IMG/VR virus record: IMGVR_UViG_3300030098_006058
Coordinates: 25,109 to 89,108 of that record
Source of the DNA: a virus
DNA: 64,000 nt
Reading direction: 5' to 3' (one strand)
Part shown: positions 10,663 through 21,195 of the stretch, in pieces
How the letters are laid out: every line of letters starts with the position of its first letter
How positions within the stretch are numbered: the stretch's first letter is position 1
The notes under the pieces: generated by a model
The model's input: the letters and a program-made list of their open reading frames with translations, nothing else
The model's database searches: none
Told to the model about the DNA's origin: nothing
Made by a program: the position numbers and the translations under genes

Positions 10663-11070
10663 ATGGCTAAGAAAGAAACTAGCGCAATGAAAAAAACAGA
10701 ATTGACTAATCGTGACTTATTAGCGGTCAGTCAGGGAATCGCTTACATAAATAGTAAAGAAACTAAAGTATGGCATGCTTTATCAAAGAATATGGATAGT
10801 ATTTCTGCTATCGTAACAGAGGTAAATACACGTCATAAAGCAATAACTGAAGAGTTAGCAAAAAAAGATGATAAAGGAATAGCTATTAGAAATCCTCAAG
10901 GTCAAATTGATTTTGGAGATAATCTAGATACAGCTAATAAAAGATGGGAAGATATCATGAATGAGAAAGTTACAGTAGAACTTTTACCAATTCCTTTAGA
11001 AGATCTAAAAGATTATGGCTTAGATGCGACTATGGTTAGACCCCTGATTGGTACGTTATTAGTTGAATAA
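10663..11070 (+). CDS. Helical phage protein, DUF1617-like (possible tail-fibre chaperone)
   Basis: Pattern LTNxDL...ALSKN...KKDDKG...IMNEKVTVEL recalls DUF1617-type proteins near tail-fibre genes; recognised from memory only. Confidence 0.4.
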   Translation: MAKKETSAMKKTELTNRDLLAVSQGIAYINSKETKVWHALSKNMDSISAIVTEVNTRHKAITEELAKKDDKGIAIRNPQGQIDFGDNLDTANKRWEDIMNEKVTVELLPIPLEDLKDYGLDATMVRPLIGTLLVE

Positions 11071-11079
11071 ACTAAATTA

Positions 11080-11295
11080 ATGGCAAGACGTATTTCAAAT
11101 TCAGAACTACATGAGGATATACTCGAAATTAAACAGGATGTGAGTGATCTTAAAAAAAGATTACTCGATCCTGATTTCGGTATCGTTTCTCGTGTAAATA
11201 GAAATACTTCTTTTCGTAGTAGTGCAGGTAAAGTCCTGTGGTCAATTTGGGTAGCAATAGTGGGAATTCTGGCTAAATTGATGTTTTGGAATTAA
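11080..11295 (+). CDS. Putative holin-like membrane protein
   Basis: 71 aa with N-terminal coiled coil and one C-terminal TM helix (VLWSIWVAIVGILAKLMFW). Confidence 0.45.
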   Translation: MARRISNSELHEDILEIKQDVSDLKKRLLDPDFGIVSRVNRNTSFRSSAGKVLWSIWVAIVGILAKLMFWN

Positions 11296-11305
11296 ATTTT
11301 AATGT

Positions 11306-11905
11306 ATGAAGATAGATCCGAAATGGTTAATAATAATAGGTTTAGTTATTTTTATATTACTGTCTAGGGCATGTAACAATAACTTTATACTAGGACCAAA
11401 GGTAATAGATGAAGTAACAACCGTACATACAGATACGTTGAGAGTTACACATATAGACACTCTACAATTTGTAGATACTATTCAAAGAATAGTAACTGTA
11501 AAAATAGAAGAACCTGTTAAAGTAATCATTGAAGATGATGTTTGGGATGAACTTAATATAAATGAATATAATAATTCATTTAATGATAGTTTAATAGATG
11601 GAACTATTTATACTAGGGTAGATGGAACAATGTTAGATCAAGAATTTAATTATATTCCTAAATTTCCTCAGTATATTATTCAAGTAGATACAGTTATGGT
11701 AAATACCTTGACGAATACTACAACAACAGTTCAATCTAGATTTAATTTAAATATAGGAGCAGAAGTAGGAGGTAATCCTGAAATGTTTAACTTCTCTCCT
11801 TTAATAGGCTTTACAAGTCGAAATGGGTTTTCATATTCCTACAGATATGGAATAATGGATAAAACACATAATGTAGGAATAATGTATAATTTTAAAATAA
11901 AATAA
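11306..11905 (+). CDS. Putative spanin-like envelope protein
   Basis: N-terminal hydrophobic segment ending LLSRAC (lipobox-like), DT-rich extended middle, beta-strand C-terminus (VGIMYNFKIK); follows the holin-like gene. Confidence 0.45.
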   Translation: MKIDPKWLIIIGLVIFILLSRACNNNFILGPKVIDEVTTVHTDTLRVTHIDTLQFVDTIQRIVTVKIEEPVKVIIEDDVWDELNINEYNNSFNDSLIDGTIYTRVDGTMLDQEFNYIPKFPQYIIQVDTVMVNTLTNTTTTVQSRFNLNIGAEVGGNPEMFNFSPLIGFTSRNGFSYSYRYGIMDKTHNVGIMYNFKIK

Positions 11906-11907
11906 TA

Positions 11908-12591
11908 ATGGGTCTTTTAGAAAAATGGAAAAATAGATTTGCTCCCGGTGGAGGAGATCGTATTGTAAGAACCAAAACAACCTATGGACAAAATTTAGAT
12001 CGTTCAGTAGATATGAATGGATTAATTACTGATATTGAAGATAATTTTGGTTCAGCTGCAAATGTAAGTTCAAATGAAACTAATATTGCTACTAATACAG
12101 CGAGTATTACTACTATTAATTCTTTGAATCCAAATAGTGCAAAAATAAATGTTACAGCAATAGGAGCAAAATCAGCTATGAATGCTCAGAATCTACATTT
12201 GATTGGAAATGTTATAACAATAGTACCTAGTCCAGGTGCGGGTAAAGCTATAGTACCTATAGCTTTAACTATAACATGTAAAGGAGGTTTGATAACAGAA
12301 AGTTCTAATAAAAGTTTAGTTTTTGGTTATGATTTTGTATTAACAGGCGGTCAAATGGGATTTTCAAGAGTTATGGGAACTGTGGCGAGTGGTAGATTTC
12401 AAACTTTAATGACTTCTCCATCTGCAGCGTCAGGAAATTGGATTCCTAAAACAGATGCAACCGATTCTCCAGAAGATAAACCACTTATCATGTGGGCAAG
12501 TGGAGCTCTTAATGGTAATTGGACTATAGAAGGTGGACTAGTATTTTGGTATGAGGCTACTTGTACTGATGCGGGTGTTTGGTCTGTTTAG
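11908..12591 (+). CDS. Putative tail fibre/spike-related protein
   Basis: Trimeric coiled-coil-like NETNIATNTASITTIN heptads followed by a beta-rich head. Confidence 0.45.
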   Translation: MGLLEKWKNRFAPGGGDRIVRTKTTYGQNLDRSVDMNGLITDIEDNFGSAANVSSNETNIATNTASITTINSLNPNSAKINVTAIGAKSAMNAQNLHLIGNVITIVPSPGAGKAIVPIALTITCKGGLITESSNKSLVFGYDFVLTGGQMGFSRVMGTVASGRFQTLMTSPSAASGNWIPKTDATDSPEDKPLIMWASGALNGNWTIEGGLVFWYEATCTDAGVWSV

Positions 12592-12612
12592 TATTAACTT
12601 TATAAAATAAGT

Positions 12613-13746
12613 ATGGTATTACAATATACAATACAGGGACAACTGGTAGGTCGGTACCAAGATGTTTCCGAAGCTTCAAATAAAACCGATATAGATAATG
12701 GAAGTATACATAAAGTACTTCGAAGAGAAAGAACCACAGCGGGTGGTTTTATATGGAAGTTAGAAGATGAAGTGAGTGAGAACATTAGTTCGAATGAACT
12801 TAAAGATGCGATAAATGCGCAGGGATTAAGTGAAGATGAAGTTAAGTCAGTTAAGATCTGGCAAACTATGAGCGGTGAGACTAGATATTCTATAGTAACT
12901 AAAGAAGGTAGTCAAGCAGCTCAGAAATTTAAAGATGAGTTCTTTGAAAAATTGAAAACAATATCTCCCGCTCCAAAAGCGAGGAAATATACTGCATTGG
13001 ATACAAATCCAATAGTATATGAGATTTCTTTACCTGATATACATTATGGTAAAGAAACTGATGAAGATGTAAAAACAGCAGAAGATCATTTTATGGATTC
13101 TGTTAAAGAATTACATGGGAGAGCATCAGGATTAAGTATTGAAAGGTTTCTATTACCAATAGGAAATGACGGTATGAATTCTGAAGGAATGAGAAAGACT
13201 ACAACTAAAGGAACACCTCAAAATGATTCTATAGATTGGCAAAAATCTTTCATAGGGTATACTAAATTAATAATTAATGCGGCTAATTATTTAGCTGAGT
13301 ATGCTCCGGTAGATATTGTTATAGTACAAGGAAATCATGATTTTGAACGTATGTTTTATGCAGGTGAAGTTTTATCTGCATGGTTTAAAAATGATCATGA
13401 TGTAACAGTAGATAATGGATTAGATAGTAGAAAGTACTATGAGTATGGAGTAAATATGATTATGTTTACCCATGGCGATAAAGAAAAAGCAGCTGAGATG
13501 CCACTTATAATGGCAACTGAGCAGCCTGTAATGTTCTCAAGAACTAAATTTAGAGAGGTTCATTGTGGACATTTACATAAAGAAATGGTGAATGAATATA
13601 GAGGAATTAAAGTAAGATTTATTCCTTCTATTTGCGCGAATGATTCATGGCACAAATTAATGGGCTATCAATCTTTAAGATGCGCGCAAGCATATATATG
13701 GAATAAGGAAAAGGGGTGTGAAGGTTATTTACAAGTAAATATATAA
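12613..13746 (+). CDS. NUMOD1 DNA-binding domain fused to a calcineurin-like metallophosphoesterase
   Basis: N-terminal VLQY..G..V..Y....EAS...I...SI...TAGGFIWK (NUMOD1). Phosphoesterase motifs DIHYG, GND, GNHD, THGD, GHLH. Confidence 0.8.
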   Translation: MVLQYTIQGQLVGRYQDVSEASNKTDIDNGSIHKVLRRERTTAGGFIWKLEDEVSENISSNELKDAINAQGLSEDEVKSVKIWQTMSGETRYSIVTKEGSQAAQKFKDEFFEKLKTISPAPKARKYTALDTNPIVYEISLPDIHYGKETDEDVKTAEDHFMDSVKELHGRASGLSIERFLLPIGNDGMNSEGMRKTTTKGTPQNDSIDWQKSFIGYTKLIINAANYLAEYAPVDIVIVQGNHDFERMFYAGEVLSAWFKNDHDVTVDNGLDSRKYYEYGVNMIMFTHGDKEKAAEMPLIMATEQPVMFSRTKFREVHCGHLHKEMVNEYRGIKVRFIPSICANDSWHKLMGYQSLRCAQAYIWNKEKGCEGYLQVNI

Positions 13747-13749
13747 TTA

Positions 13750-14487
13750 ATGGCAGTAACTTTAAATAAATTAGTTTATGATATAAAGAATATAGGATAC
13801 GGGGGTGTATCATCTGACGACGCCAAGATTAGTGATAAGCAGATAGCTTATTGGGTAATGATTGAGCGGTCTATGTTACTTTCTCAAGTTATGGGAAAGA
13901 AGCTCCGAGTTCCTGCTTCTTGTATCGAAACTCTTGAAAGTGTTTATTTAGAAGTTGTTGATGCTGCTGAAGCTTGTGAAGTTGATTTAGGGGTTCATGT
14001 ACTTAAATCCGTAAAGCCTATACCCAGAACAGTTCAGAGGAATCACTTGGATAGTATTTTGGCTGTTGAGTCTTTAGATGGTGAAAGAGCTTTTTCTGAA
14101 ACTACTACGTTTCGAAGAAAGTGGAATAAGTATAATAAGTATACCAGTTCTAAAAATCGTTGGTATATAAAAGATAGTCATCTTTATGTAAGTTGTGATT
14201 TATTGATTGAAGCAGTGAAAGTCACCGGTGTATTTGAAGACGCTGAAGAAGTTTGGTTACATAATAGATGCGATGAAGATTATGCTGCATCTGGAGAAGC
14301 CCCCACTGGCAAGTCCTGTGAATATGATTGGGACACCCCATTTCCGATTTCTATGTCTGTAGCAGACCAGGTTACAGATCTTGTATTGAAAAAAAGATTA
14401 CAAGCAACATTAGCATTACCTAATGATGAAACCAATAACGCTAAAGGAGATGGAGAACAAAATGTGCAAGCAGCAGCTCAAAAATAG
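13750..14487 (+). CDS. crAss-like tail ring/neck protein
   Basis: TLNKLVYDI...SDD...QIAYWV N-terminus and GVFED motif; position directly before IHF-like, tubular and stabilisation genes. Confidence 0.6.
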   Translation: MAVTLNKLVYDIKNIGYGGVSSDDAKISDKQIAYWVMIERSMLLSQVMGKKLRVPASCIETLESVYLEVVDAAEACEVDLGVHVLKSVKPIPRTVQRNHLDSILAVESLDGERAFSETTTFRRKWNKYNKYTSSKNRWYIKDSHLYVSCDLLIEAVKVTGVFEDAEEVWLHNRCDEDYAASGEAPTGKSCEYDWDTPFPISMSVADQVTDLVLKKRLQATLALPNDETNNAKGDGEQNVQAAAQK

Positions 14488-14902
14488 CTGCACTTTAACT
14501 CAGGCTTATAAATCATATGATGATTATTATAAGGTTGGTTATAAAACATATAGAAATATATGTGAAGATTTTAATAAGAAAATTATGGATGATATTCTAT
14601 TAAAGTCAAAAGAATTTAAGATGCCATTTAGATTAGGCTCTTTAAGGATAAAAAAGAAAAAAATGAATTTCTCTAATAAGCTGAGAAACAAATTAAAAAT
14701 TGATTGGAAAGCTACGAGAGAAAATAATAAGGTTATATATCATCTCAATGATCATACAAATGGTTATAATTATAGATGGTATTGGGAAAAAAGAAATGCT
14801 ATAATTAAAAATAAAAGTATATATAGCTTTCAAGCTACTCGTACAAATAAAAGACGATTAGCTACATTATTAAAGAATAATGAAATAGACTATTTTGAAT
14901 GA
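14423..14902 (+). CDS. IHF/HU-like DNA-binding protein (crAss conserved); true start may be the ATG near 14462
   Basis: Very basic; FKMPFRLGSLRIKK...IDWKAT...FQATRTNKRRLA HU/IHF-like pattern; synteny. Confidence 0.65.
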   Translation: MMKPITLKEMENKMCKQQLKNSCTLTQAYKSYDDYYKVGYKTYRNICEDFNKKIMDDILLKSKEFKMPFRLGSLRIKKKKMNFSNKLRNKLKIDWKATRENNKVIYHLNDHTNGYNYRWYWEKRNAIIKNKSIYSFQATRTNKRRLATLLKNNEIDYFE

Positions 14903-15654
14903 TTTATAAATATGTATCAGTATATGAAATAATAGAAGGAGTATATAGAGATTCAGGTATTAAAGAAGAACTTGATATTTGGGACGTAATTGAATGGGCC
15001 GGAGAAGCTTTAGAGTTAATTGGTGCTGGGATGACCTATGTAGAATTAATTGGAGAGATTTGTGTCCATGAACATCGAGCACAATTACCATGTAATTTTC
15101 ACAGCTTAGAACAAATTTCATATAAAGGTATACCTTTACCATTATGCAGTGGTACATTTGGTGCTATTTCAACTACACCTACAAATACAACAACAAATTA
15201 TATTGATGGGGAAGAAGTTAATGAAAATAACTTTCCTATGACAGATACGATGACTGGGAGTCGTGGAAATTGTTATTATATAAATGATAATTTTGTAGTT
15301 ACATCTTTTGAAGAGGGTTGTATTTTAATGACTTTTAAAGGTATAAATGTTGATAAGGAAGGGTATCCTATGATGCCAGATCATATCAGTTATAAGAAAG
15401 CTGTTAAATCATATATACAAACAATGATAGATCGTATGTGGTGGAGAAAAGGGTCATTACCGGAAGCTGTTTATAGAGATAGTCAAAGAGATTGGGAATG
15501 GTATGTTAAACAAGCACGTGGTGCGGTAGCTATGCCAAATCTTGATGCTATGGAGAATATTAAGAATCAATGGGTTAAATTGAAACCTAACATGAATTCT
15601 CATCAAACTTTCTTTACTGATTTAGCAAGTCCAGAACGAAGGAAACTTAAATAA
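14899..15654 (+). CDS. Tail tubular (ring) protein, P22 gp4-like
   Basis: DVIEWAGEAL, DKEGYPMMPD, WEWYVKQAR; lies between IHF-like and stabilisation genes as in crAss phages. Confidence 0.7.
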   Translation: MIYKYVSVYEIIEGVYRDSGIKEELDIWDVIEWAGEALELIGAGMTYVELIGEICVHEHRAQLPCNFHSLEQISYKGIPLPLCSGTFGAISTTPTNTTTNYIDGEEVNENNFPMTDTMTGSRGNCYYINDNFVVTSFEEGCILMTFKGINVDKEGYPMMPDHISYKKAVKSYIQTMIDRMWWRKGSLPEAVYRDSQRDWEWYVKQARGAVAMPNLDAMENIKNQWVKLKPNMNSHQTFFTDLASPERRKLK

Positions 15655-18600
15655 TGGCAAAAAAAGATTCAAATATTATAGTTAATACCTTTACTAAAGG
15701 TATAAATAAAGATGCAGCTAAATATATTTTACCTCCTGATACTTATTATGATGCGCAAAATGTAAGAATAACCGCTCATGAAGGTAGAGAAGGAATGTCC
15801 TTAGTTAATGTTGAAGGTAATGACTTTTTAATTAAGATTCCATGTTCTACAGTTGCATGGAAAATTAAAATGTTCGAGCAGATTTATTATGATGAAACTT
15901 TTTGGCCTAATCAAGTTTGGGGACCTCTTACATTTAATATTACATATAATGGTCAGACTTATTCACATATTTTACCAGGTGGTACAGGTGGTAATATAGT
16001 TGCTCAACTTTATGAGGAAGTAAGATTTTCAAATCAATGGTTATATCCTGATGGTTCTACAAATACATTCCCCTCTGAAATAAATATTAATTATGATAAT
16101 AGTAATTATGAATTAACATTTTGGTCAAATGTTATAACTAATCAAGTTTTAAACATCGCATTAGTAGATAATGTTGGAAATCCTGTAGGTTGGACACAGC
16201 AAACAGCATTAGGTAATAGTTGGTGTGACTTAGAAGTAATTGGTTATACTACTATTAGAGATGATATTTATATTTTTACAACTTCTGATGAATCAGAAGA
16301 AGGAGGAAATGGACAAGTATGGAGATTACAATATGATCATTCTAGTAATGTTGCAGCATTAACTTGTATGATTAATAGAGATGATATAAAATTTACTAAA
16401 CGTCATCCTATTCAAGCTATTGGTAGATATGAAAATAGAAAGACGCAAACTATATATTGGACAGATAATTTTAATCCACCAAGAAAATTAAATGTAGCAG
16501 ATGATTTAGTTTCTATGGTAGTTCCTACTAGATTTTTAGATTTAGCACCACGTACTTCATTTCAAATACCTGTTTTAGTTAATATTGCTACTGGAGGATC
16601 ACTACCTGCAGGAAATTATCAAGCAGCATATAGATATAAAAGTGCTGAAGGAGCAGTCACAGAATGGTCACCTTTAAGTAATCCAGTTAGTATTTATGGT
16701 GATTCAGAAACAGATCCTTTTTGTGATATTGAGGGAGATTTAATACAAGATGATGCAAATACAGATCCAGGAAATGAAGGTAATGGAGAAATTACTAATA
16801 AAAAATTAGTTTGGGATCTTCAAAATCTAGATGTTGATTATGATATTATTGAATTTGCAGCTATATATAGAACTATATATAGAGATGAAAGTGATAATGT
16901 TGATTATTCTAAAGCCTATATTTTCCTAGAACAAGAGAATAATAATTCAACAATTCAATTTGAACATACAGGATCTGAACAGAAAATATTAACTACTATT
17001 TCTCAAATAAGAGAAGGGATTGGAGCTACTTTTGAGAGAGTAAAAACTATTTCAAGTAAAGATAATAAATTATTTCTAGGAAATATTGTTAATACAAGTT
17101 TTTTAGTAGACTACGATGCTAGAGCTTATAGATTTATTAATGATGGTGGTTTAAATCCAACAGCTTTATTAAACTCACAAACAGATCTTCCTGTTATTAT
17201 TAATGGAAATACTCCATTTGCTCCTGGACCTGGTCAAACTGCTATTGATGCAGTAGTAGAAAATCATGATTGTATATGTCCTTATAATGATGAAAATCCA
17301 GATACAAATCCAGATTGGTATACAAATGACCAATATAAATACCAATCAAATGGTACTATTCTAGGTGGTACAGGTCCTAATGTTAGTTATAGATTTATAA
17401 CAGAAACAATGGTAGGTGATCGAGCAGTTCCTCAAGCGGGTCAAGTAGGGAATGGTGATGTAATGGGATTCAATGGTTGGGGATATAACTTTGGATTTTG
17501 GAATTTTGATTTCGGATGTGGACGTTATAGACCTTGGCCTTTTGATGGATCGTGCTTAGTAGGTGAACCACCTGTAACTAATAATAATATAGTTAACTTA
17601 TTTGGAGGAGTAGGTGTTCAAAATTATCCTATGAATGGTACTATAGATAATTTTAAAAGTTCTTATAAGCATAGTTTATATCAAGGTTATGCTAGAGGAG
17701 AAGTATATAGATTTGGTATAGTTTTTTATAATAATAAAGGACAATCAAGTTTTGTTAATTGGATTGGTGATATAAAATTTCCATTTGAATATGATCGAGA
17801 TCTAAATGTGTGGCCAGATTGGAGAGGTGCTCAATTTTCTATTTTTTATTGGAATGCTGATGCTGGAACTCCTGATCTGTTAGCTGGACAACCTTTTAAC
17901 TATTCTGGAAATATGGAAACTCGGAGTTTAGGTATTGAATTTACAGTTAATCTTGGAGGCTTAGATATAGCTGGTCAGGGTATTACAGGTTATTCTATAG
18001 TTAGAGTAAATAGGGATATGGAAAGAGATGCATCTAGATTAGGACAAGCTTTAGCTGGCCAGGTGTGTAGAGCAAAAGTGAGAGGAAATGTAGGTGGATG
18101 TGCTCAAAATAATGAAATTCATGCATTTCCTACTCAACGAGATAATTTAATTCCTATACCTTGTTCACAAAATTGGCAAGGAAATAGTGGGTGTTGGGAA
18201 AATTCTTTAATGTCGATAGATACTGGTCAAGATGATAATAACGTTAATATTAGTGGATTAGGACCACCAAATCCAAATAGTGCAAGACCTTTATTTCCGT
18301 GGGGACATTCGTATCATGCTGGAGTTAGAATATATTTTACTGAACAACAAACTATGTTGTTATATGGCCCAATAAATTGGGTTAATAGTAGTACAAGTGA
18401 ACAGTTTAATACTGATAAAAAAACTATATTTCAAAAAGGAGATTATGTAAAAATATCTTCTGTTTTACAACCATTACCAAATGAGGATTATGGAAATTTA
18501 CCTGTTACTTTTTTTGAAAACCAGTTAGGAAGTCAATGTAATACGAATGCACCTACAGGTATGTGGTATAAATATTACTATCCTGTAAGTATTGGAGCAG

Positions 18601-21140
18601 GTACAGGGTGGAATCCAACTATGACTTATTGGGGAGGAACGCCTATAGGAGTTTTTTCTCAAAATCCTGCCAATCTTAAAATAGAGCTTGAATATTCAGC
18701 ATGGGTAGGAGATGGTCAAACATTATCTCAAAATTCAGATAGTTCTATGAAGGGACATTTTTGTAATGTAACTAATTTTAGCCATCTTATGCATACTAAT
18801 TGTCAGTGTGAAAGTTGTGGACCTGGTATCAATACAGCATATAATTATAATACTAGTATGAATCTCTGTTCATCAGGATCTGTAGGATTAAGACCTAGAT
18901 CTATTGGTAGTGAGTGTACTTTTGTTACTACAAAAAATAGAATACCTTGGCCAGATATGGGTATGGGACAAGGTACTTGGAATCAACCTGGTGGTTTATC
19001 AGATGTAGGAGCAACTAATCCTGAAGAATTTTCCGCAGGAACATATACAAGATGTATAGTAAATTATGAGAGATATTCTACTCCTTATGGAGGACCTACT
19101 TTTTCAGATCGTACTCGATCTGTATATCAACTATGTAATCATTATAGACCTATAACAGTTGCTAGTAATAATCAAATAAATGAAGTTTATGGTGGAGATG
19201 TAATTGTTACATTATTCGATTATACTCAATATGATAAAAATTGGGGACAGGCTCCACCATGGTTAGCACGTGCAGGTGTAATAGCTGCAGGTTTACAAGG
19301 TGAAGAAGAAGATGGTGGTGGTAATTGTAATTCTGCTTGTACAATGACTGAAGATGAATTATCGGATTCTGAATGGGGAATAGTAGTAGGCTGTGTAGCT
19401 CCTTTAGAAATACATACTGCTAATCCTGAAATGAGACATGGATACCATTTTGCTTCTAAGGGAGGGTCAGCACCATCTGTATATCCTGATAATGGTACTA
19501 GTCTACATGATGAATATAGATATATGTCAGGGTATAATGCTCCTAATGATATTAGAAAATTTATTCCTGTTCCTTTTAATGTTAATCTAAACGAAGAGTT
19601 TGATACTAGAATCTATTATTCTAATACAAAAGTGAATGGCGAAACAGCTGATTCTTGGGGAACCTTTAAAGTAGGAAATTTTAAAGATGTAGAAGGAATA
19701 TACGGTCCTTTAAATAATTTATTAGTTTTTGGAAATAGAATGATGTTTTGGCAAGATAAAGGTTTTGGAATTTTAAATGTAAATCCAAATGCTATTGTTC
19801 AAGCAGCTGATGGTTTAGAATTACAATTAGGAACTGTATCTAGTGGCACTGGTGCATTTATTCAATCTTATGAATATGCATCAACAAAATTTGGCGCTAA
19901 ACAACAATGGGCTATAACTAAAAGTGATTATAATGTATTCTTTTTTGATATATTAAAAAAGAAATTCTTTGCTTATGGTGGTGATGGTAATAAACCATTA
20001 TCAGATGTTACAGGTATGGCTACTTGGTTTGAAGACGCTTTACAAGGAGATATACTAAAGAAAGATAATCCTATCATGGGTGAGGGTATTACAGCAACTT
20101 ATGATAATAGACATAGTGAAGCTATCTTTACTTTTCATGATAGAGGATTACCTAATACATTTGAGGTACAATATCTTAATGGAGAATTAGTAGGAAGCCA
20201 TTCTGATTTAATGGTTGGAGCACTAAGACCTTTAGATAATTGTAATGATTGTTTAAATTTTGAATGTGGTTTTCATAGTTTCATGAATCCTTTAGTTATT
20301 GAACAGTTAGAATATAATGGACAAACATATGGCCCAATATTTATAGTAGTAAAAATAGGGTGTCCTGGAAATCCTGCAGTTGATCCTTATGAGATAGGTG
20401 ATCTTATGTTTTTTAGTAATGATCTAGAATTTTTAAATCTTAGCGGAGGAGAAGTTTTTGAAATGTTATGTAATAGCGCTTCGAAAAGTTTTACATTATC
20501 TTATAATGAATTTATAAAAGGTTTTACTTCTTTTTACGACTTTCATCCTTCTATATATATTAATGATGGAAAAAGAATTATAAGTCCTAATTGTCAAAAT
20601 TCATGTTATACAGGAGATGATTCTTTTTATAGGGATAAATTATATATGCATGATATAGGTAATTATGGACAATTTTATGAATATATAGTACCATCTTCAA
20701 TAGCAGTAGTAACAAATGTAGCATCAGTTTCAACTAAAGTATTTGATAATATTTCTTTTCATATGGAATCATTACAAGTAGAAAATGAACCTTTAAATGA
20801 AGATTATGATGTTCAAAACGATGTATTTGATAAAGTTAGATTTATGACAGATTATCAAACATCAGGATGGGTAAACTTAATTCCAGGAAATAATATAAAG
20901 AAAAAAGAACGAGAATGGCAAGCACCTGTTTTTCGTAATGTAATGTCAGATACTCCTGCTAATAATGATCTTTATGATGTATCTAATTATGATTTAGATA
21001 GACAATTTAAAGATAGATTAAGAGATAAGTATTTAATGACAGAATTAGTATATAATAATTTTAATAGTTTAGGTCAGCCTAAAAACATTAAAATAATAAT
21101 GGATTACTTTAGAGCTTACTTTAGAGGATCTTTTAGGTAA
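15654..21140 (+). CDS. Tail stabilisation/muzzle protein (P22 gp10-like) with large insertions
   Basis: NTFTKGINKD start, IYWTDNFNPPRKLN, GEVYRFGIVF, FTSFYDFHP, KVFDNI, RLRDKY; 1828 aa. Confidence 0.8.
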   Translation: MAKKDSNIIVNTFTKGINKDAAKYILPPDTYYDAQNVRITAHEGREGMSLVNVEGNDFLIKIPCSTVAWKIKMFEQIYYDETFWPNQVWGPLTFNITYNGQTYSHILPGGTGGNIVAQLYEEVRFSNQWLYPDGSTNTFPSEININYDNSNYELTFWSNVITNQVLNIALVDNVGNPVGWTQQTALGNSWCDLEVIGYTTIRDDIYIFTTSDESEEGGNGQVWRLQYDHSSNVAALTCMINRDDIKFTKRHPIQAIGRYENRKTQTIYWTDNFNPPRKLNVADDLVSMVVPTRFLDLAPRTSFQIPVLVNIATGGSLPAGNYQAAYRYKSAEGAVTEWSPLSNPVSIYGDSETDPFCDIEGDLIQDDANTDPGNEGNGEITNKKLVWDLQNLDVDYDIIEFAAIYRTIYRDESDNVDYSKAYIFLEQENNNSTIQFEHTGSEQKILTTISQIREGIGATFERVKTISSKDNKLFLGNIVNTSFLVDYDARAYRFINDGGLNPTALLNSQTDLPVIINGNTPFAPGPGQTAIDAVVENHDCICPYNDENPDTNPDWYTNDQYKYQSNGTILGGTGPNVSYRFITETMVGDRAVPQAGQVGNGDVMGFNGWGYNFGFWNFDFGCGRYRPWPFDGSCLVGEPPVTNNNIVNLFGGVGVQNYPMNGTIDNFKSSYKHSLYQGYARGEVYRFGIVFYNNKGQSSFVNWIGDIKFPFEYDRDLNVWPDWRGAQFSIFYWNADAGTPDLLAGQPFNYSGNMETRSLGIEFTVNLGGLDIAGQGITGYSIVRVNRDMERDASRLGQALAGQVCRAKVRGNVGGCAQNNEIHAFPTQRDNLIPIPCSQNWQGNSGCWENSLMSIDTGQDDNNVNISGLGPPNPNSARPLFPWGHSYHAGVRIYFTEQQTMLLYGPINWVNSSTSEQFNTDKKTIFQKGDYVKISSVLQPLPNEDYGNLPVTFFENQLGSQCNTNAPTGMWYKYYYPVSIGAGTGWNPTMTYWGGTPIGVFSQNPANLKIELEYSAWVGDGQTLSQNSDSSMKGHFCNVTNFSHLMHTNCQCESCGPGINTAYNYNTSMNLCSSGSVGLRPRSIGSECTFVTTKNRIPWPDMGMGQGTWNQPGGLSDVGATNPEEFSAGTYTRCIVNYERYSTPYGGPTFSDRTRSVYQLCNHYRPITVASNNQINEVYGGDVIVTLFDYTQYDKNWGQAPPWLARAGVIAAGLQGEEEDGGGNCNSACTMTEDELSDSEWGIVVGCVAPLEIHTANPEMRHGYHFASKGGSAPSVYPDNGTSLHDEYRYMSGYNAPNDIRKFIPVPFNVNLNEEFDTRIYYSNTKVNGETADSWGTFKVGNFKDVEGIYGPLNNLLVFGNRMMFWQDKGFGILNVNPNAIVQAADGLELQLGTVSSGTGAFIQSYEYASTKFGAKQQWAITKSDYNVFFFDILKKKFFAYGGDGNKPLSDVTGMATWFEDALQGDILKKDNPIMGEGITATYDNRHSEAIFTFHDRGLPNTFEVQYLNGELVGSHSDLMVGALRPLDNCNDCLNFECGFHSFMNPLVIEQLEYNGQTYGPIFIVVKIGCPGNPAVDPYEIGDLMFFSNDLEFLNLSGGEVFEMLCNSASKSFTLSYNEFIKGFTSFYDFHPSIYINDGKRIISPNCQNSCYTGDDSFYRDKLYMHDIGNYGQFYEYIVPSSIAVVTNVASVSTKVFDNISFHMESLQVENEPLNEDYDVQNDVFDKVRFMTDYQTSGWVNLIPGNNIKKKEREWQAPVFRNVMSDTPANNDLYDVSNYDLDRQFKDRLRDKYLMTELVYNNFNSLGQPKNIKIIMDYFRAYFRGSFR

Positions 21141-21143
21141 AAA

Positions 21144-21174
21144 TTTGGAAAATCAATAAAAATTATTATTTTTG
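21144..21174 (+). promoter_or_regulatory. Bacteroidota primary-sigma promoter upstream of cargo/RNAP operon
   Basis: TTTG (21144-21147), 19 nt, then TATTTTTG (21167-21174), in the intergenic gap. Confidence 0.7.
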
Positions 21175-21195
21175 TAAATTGGTAAAGTATAGTTA

